Shown: piece by piece, positions 61,203 through 64,000 of the stretch
How positions within the stretch are numbered: position 1 is the first letter of the stretch
Layout: the number at the start of each line of letters is the position of its first letter
Assembly (NCBI GenBank): GCA_977018835.1
Contig: OZ361258.1
Location: 2,480,001-2,544,000, forward strand
From: Minutocellus sp. GHC0000111
Taxonomy: Eukaryota
DNA length: 64,000 bases
Direction: 5' to 3'
The notes under the pieces: model-generated
Told to the model about the DNA's origin: nothing
The model's database searches: none
The model's input: the letters and a program-made list of their open reading frames with translations, nothing else
Position numbers and translations under genes: made by a program

Positions 61203-62336
61203 ATGGATACTCCAAAGGGACACATCTTCAGTCCACCGCGTCCACCGAAACGCGCCGAGGCGACTGCATTCAGCCCCTCGCGCCATGAGAAGGAAACTTC
61301 CAACGAAACGCCGGAACATCCGCGGTATCGAGAGAACAAGGACAACGATGACGAGGAGGACAACCAAGGGGTCCCACCGGCATCGTCAGACCTCACATCT
61401 CCTCGTGTGTTGAAATATCGACGCGAGTACAACGAAGAGGATGGCTTCGCCGCCGAACAAGCCCAAGCAAGGAAGTACTTGCATCATGACATATTGCGTG
61501 CCGACTTTCGCGGTACCGCTACCGTTTCATCTCATTCTGATGAAGATGATTCATTCTCAGAGATGAGCATAGCAACCGCCGACGCAAAGCCAAGCGGCGA
61601 GAGGAGAAAGCCCGTGAGCTCATTCGACCTTCCCTCCGCCACGCCCATGGTAACAAGTCCAATGTCAGTTCATACTCAGTATGCTCTTACCCCAAGCCGC
61701 TCATGCCCGTCGTTCAGCAACCTTCAATTGTCATCCCCTACCATCTTGGAGCCCTTGCCTCCAACCGAACCAACCGAACGACAGATTGAACGAGAGGTTG
61801 AGGAACATCGGAGGCTTGCGTGCTTTTTGACGTACGGAGAAGCACCACTACCACAAGATATAAAGAACTACAAGTCACCCACATGTAGTCAGAGGCCCGA
61901 ACCAAGAAGAAAAGAGAAAGGGGTCTACCTCCCCTTCAAACAAGTTCCTGGTTGGGGTAGCGAGGTCGCGGTCACCACAGTGCTAGGCATGATCGAAGTC
62001 GATCGCCAAGTAAGAGAGGGTCGTGGTGCCTACCCGAAAGGGTGGAGAAGCAGAGAACTCGGATTGTATGATAACAAGACAATAGAATTCTCTATTGCAT
62101 TATCTACTGACAAGATTGCATTAGATGCATATAAGTTGGGATATGAGGATGGGAGTAAACAACCAACTGCTCACCCTGCCCTCACTGACAATAAACTTGC
62201 CGATGCATATGGTGTGAAGCGCGGAAAGATTCGTCAGTCCCTCCACGCTGTGTGGCTTTCTAATGATCATAAGAAGGCCAAGGAGGCAAAAAAGAATACC
62301 GGTAGAAATAGAAGAACAAAGAAGCCCGTGATATAA
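61203..62336 (+). CDS. Hypothetical protein, S/P-rich N-terminus and basic C-terminus
   Basis: Intronless ~377-aa ORF convergent with the transposase, separated by an AT-rich ~95-nt spacer. Confidence 0.5.
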   Translation: MDTPKGHIFSPPRPPKRAEATAFSPSRHEKETSNETPEHPRYRENKDNDDEEDNQGVPPASSDLTSPRVLKYRREYNEEDGFAAEQAQARKYLHHDILRADFRGTATVSSHSDEDDSFSEMSIATADAKPSGERRKPVSSFDLPSATPMVTSPMSVHTQYALTPSRSCPSFSNLQLSSPTILEPLPPTEPTERQIEREVEEHRRLACFLTYGEAPLPQDIKNYKSPTCSQRPEPRRKEKGVYLPFKQVPGWGSEVAVTTVLGMIEVDRQVREGRGAYPKGWRSRELGLYDNKTIEFSIALSTDKIALDAYKLGYEDGSKQPTAHPALTDNKLADAYGVKRGKIRQSLHAVWLSNDHKKAKEAKKNTGRNRRTKKPVI

Positions 62337-62431
62337 ACAAACCAATGCTGCTGCATCTTACATGTAGATCTATAAATAATTTGTAGACGTGTAACATTTA
62401 TTTAATACATGTGTAAAGATATTAATACTAT

Positions 62432-63430
62432 CTATTTATTAGAAGGATGACGTGCTGAGGGCTCCATCCCCTTGGCCGTTTCGTTGAAGTCGATCCTAAT
62501 TCCAGTGTGCAAGTTTTCGTCACCCAACCTTCCAACAAACTCATTGCTACCACCGGCCTTAATCACCAGGCCCATTATCCTCCAGTACTGAATGAAGGCC
62601 GAAGCAATTTTGCAGTTAGGCATGCTATCGTAAACGTCCTCGGCAGTGTCCCAGATCTGGTCGGTGGAAATGACGGAGGTGCCTACCATTTTTCGTGCCC
62701 ATTCCGAGTGCCGCCGGCTCATCGCGGGGAACACGCTCAAGTCAAGGACGTTGGCGTGAGGCATCTGCGGTGCCTGTGGCTGCCACGTCCAGCCTTGCTC
62801 AGCACAGAAGTTAGTAACAAATTGCGTGAAGGTTCCGTCCTCGTGAGGCCCGGCCTGGTCGCCCTGGATAATAACATGGCAATCTTCGTATGCTTGCCCG
62901 GACCGACAAGGTTGAGAATCGCTGGGAAAATAGTCTCCTTGAATACGAGGAGCAAAGAGCATTTCGGATCCTTTTTGGTGCCTTCGTTCGATCCAGTAAC
63001 GCAACAATCAACAAGAAACGACCCTCCTTTCCGGCGAAGAGGTTCCTTTGGTGTCCCATCGGGGTTGGTATTTGGGTACCGTATTGAACCATCAGGCTGT
63101 GATACTGCTTCGTACTGAGCTCGCTCCGCTATTTTAGGAGCTTGAGCTCGTACCAGTGGCAGTTTTACAACCTCGCACCCACTCTCAAGAGAACCGTCAA
63201 AGACAGCGGCAACAAATGCAATGGCCATGACCTTGTTGATGTGGCTCCTGTGAAAGGCCGCGTAATCTCGCTTTTTCACGCCGATTTCCTCGCAAGCCTT
63301 CGCAAAAGCTCGGAGGACGAGACCCCAGAACCATTTCTCATCGTAATGCACGAGGAGAACTCGCTTCTTTCCATTCGGTAAATTGCCGTTCTCATCCCGA
63401 ATGTTCCAGAAATTCCGCACGAGTAGGGAT
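62432..63430 (-). pseudogene. Tc1/mariner-type DDD transposase catalytic domain, 5'-truncated, frameshift at ~62895
   Basis: LVHYDEKWFW, IIQGDQAGPH, QAPQMPHANVLDLSVFP, terminal GGSNEF..LHTGIR; no HTH region upstream. Confidence 0.8.
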
Positions 63431-63664
63431 ATTGATGACTTGGTCAAGGCAGGTTATGATCCGGCGGCTGTTTCGAGAATGGCTTTGTACAAACATCTTC
63501 TGGAGCCACAGCTCGGAGGTAATCGATGCTACCAAATTTGGGCAAAATCTTCCTTTGACAAACTTCTTTTTGTTGGCTTCGATATGGATGCAAAGGACTT
63601 CATTATTGTTGATGAAAAGACCGAGCCAGCACTGGAAAAACTCTGTGGCGAACTACACGGGTAA
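63431..63664 (+). pseudogene. 3' part of the split F-box-like gene
   Basis: IDDLVKAGYDPAAVSRMALYKHL..FDKLLFVGFDMDAKDFIIVDE aligns with ISALKKHGARPEEVDRETVLSHL..FDELVEAGLPLKETDFILVDD at the end of 4697-5521. Confidence 0.7.
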
Positions 63665-64000
63665 GATTGATTATCGCCAAGAAAACTCTATCACAGTTAA
63701 CAATCCCTCCGAGAGGGGGCTAGGTAGCTACGTAGTATCATTGTAGAAAGTAGTTTACTTTTATATATGGACTCTCCGTCAATTCAAGATTGGGCCGTTA
63801 TCATCCGTCTCCTAAATTGACCGAGAGTACCATGGTATATAACAAAACAAAAAATGAGTCTTTTCGTTGCACATCAATGACCAAGACGGGCGTCGGTGAC
63901 CGCTGGCAGCCTACAAGCCCGTCCATTGCCGGTGTATATATTGTACACATGCTCTCTAGAGTCAAGACCTACGCAAGCTGACCCTGCGGGAGGCCTCCGC

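Larger units (their letters stand above)
61001..63430 (-). mobile_element. Truncated Tc1/mariner-type DNA transposon, possibly with a second convergent ORF
   Basis: Transposase motifs; TA followed by CGAGGTCC at 61001-61010 resembles mariner termini; partner TIR not seen in the window. Confidence 0.5.

Overview
Gene-dense eukaryotic nuclear DNA with GT-AG introns of ~100-480 nt, ASAF-type bipartite plastid presequences, CP12 and diatom-type orphan families, so most likely a diatom. About 30 genes or gene fragments are supported. Highlights: (1) a five-exon DNMT5-type gene (C5 DNA methyltransferase + SNF2 ATPase) with an intact-looking N-terminal methyl-CpG-binding domain; (2) a head-to-head pair of secreted prepro-peptides with a strongly cationic 8-Cys mature domain, largely hidden from the ORF track; (3) an ER thioredoxin/PDI-like selenoprotein (W-U-G-H-C, KDEL) with a candidate SECIS; (4) an F-box-like gene split by a ~7.9 kb segment holding a 3'-truncated Sec7 ARF-GEF and a 5'-truncated Tc1/mariner-type transposase; (5) a ~2.3 kb inverted gene duplication around GAR1; (6) cysteine synthase-glutaredoxin and CDP-alcohol transferase-cytidylyltransferase fusions. 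Many otherwise conserved genes carry 1-nt frameshifts or single in-frame stops, so consensus errors are likely and pseudogene calls need read-level checks. All calls come from reading motifs by eye; no searches were run.
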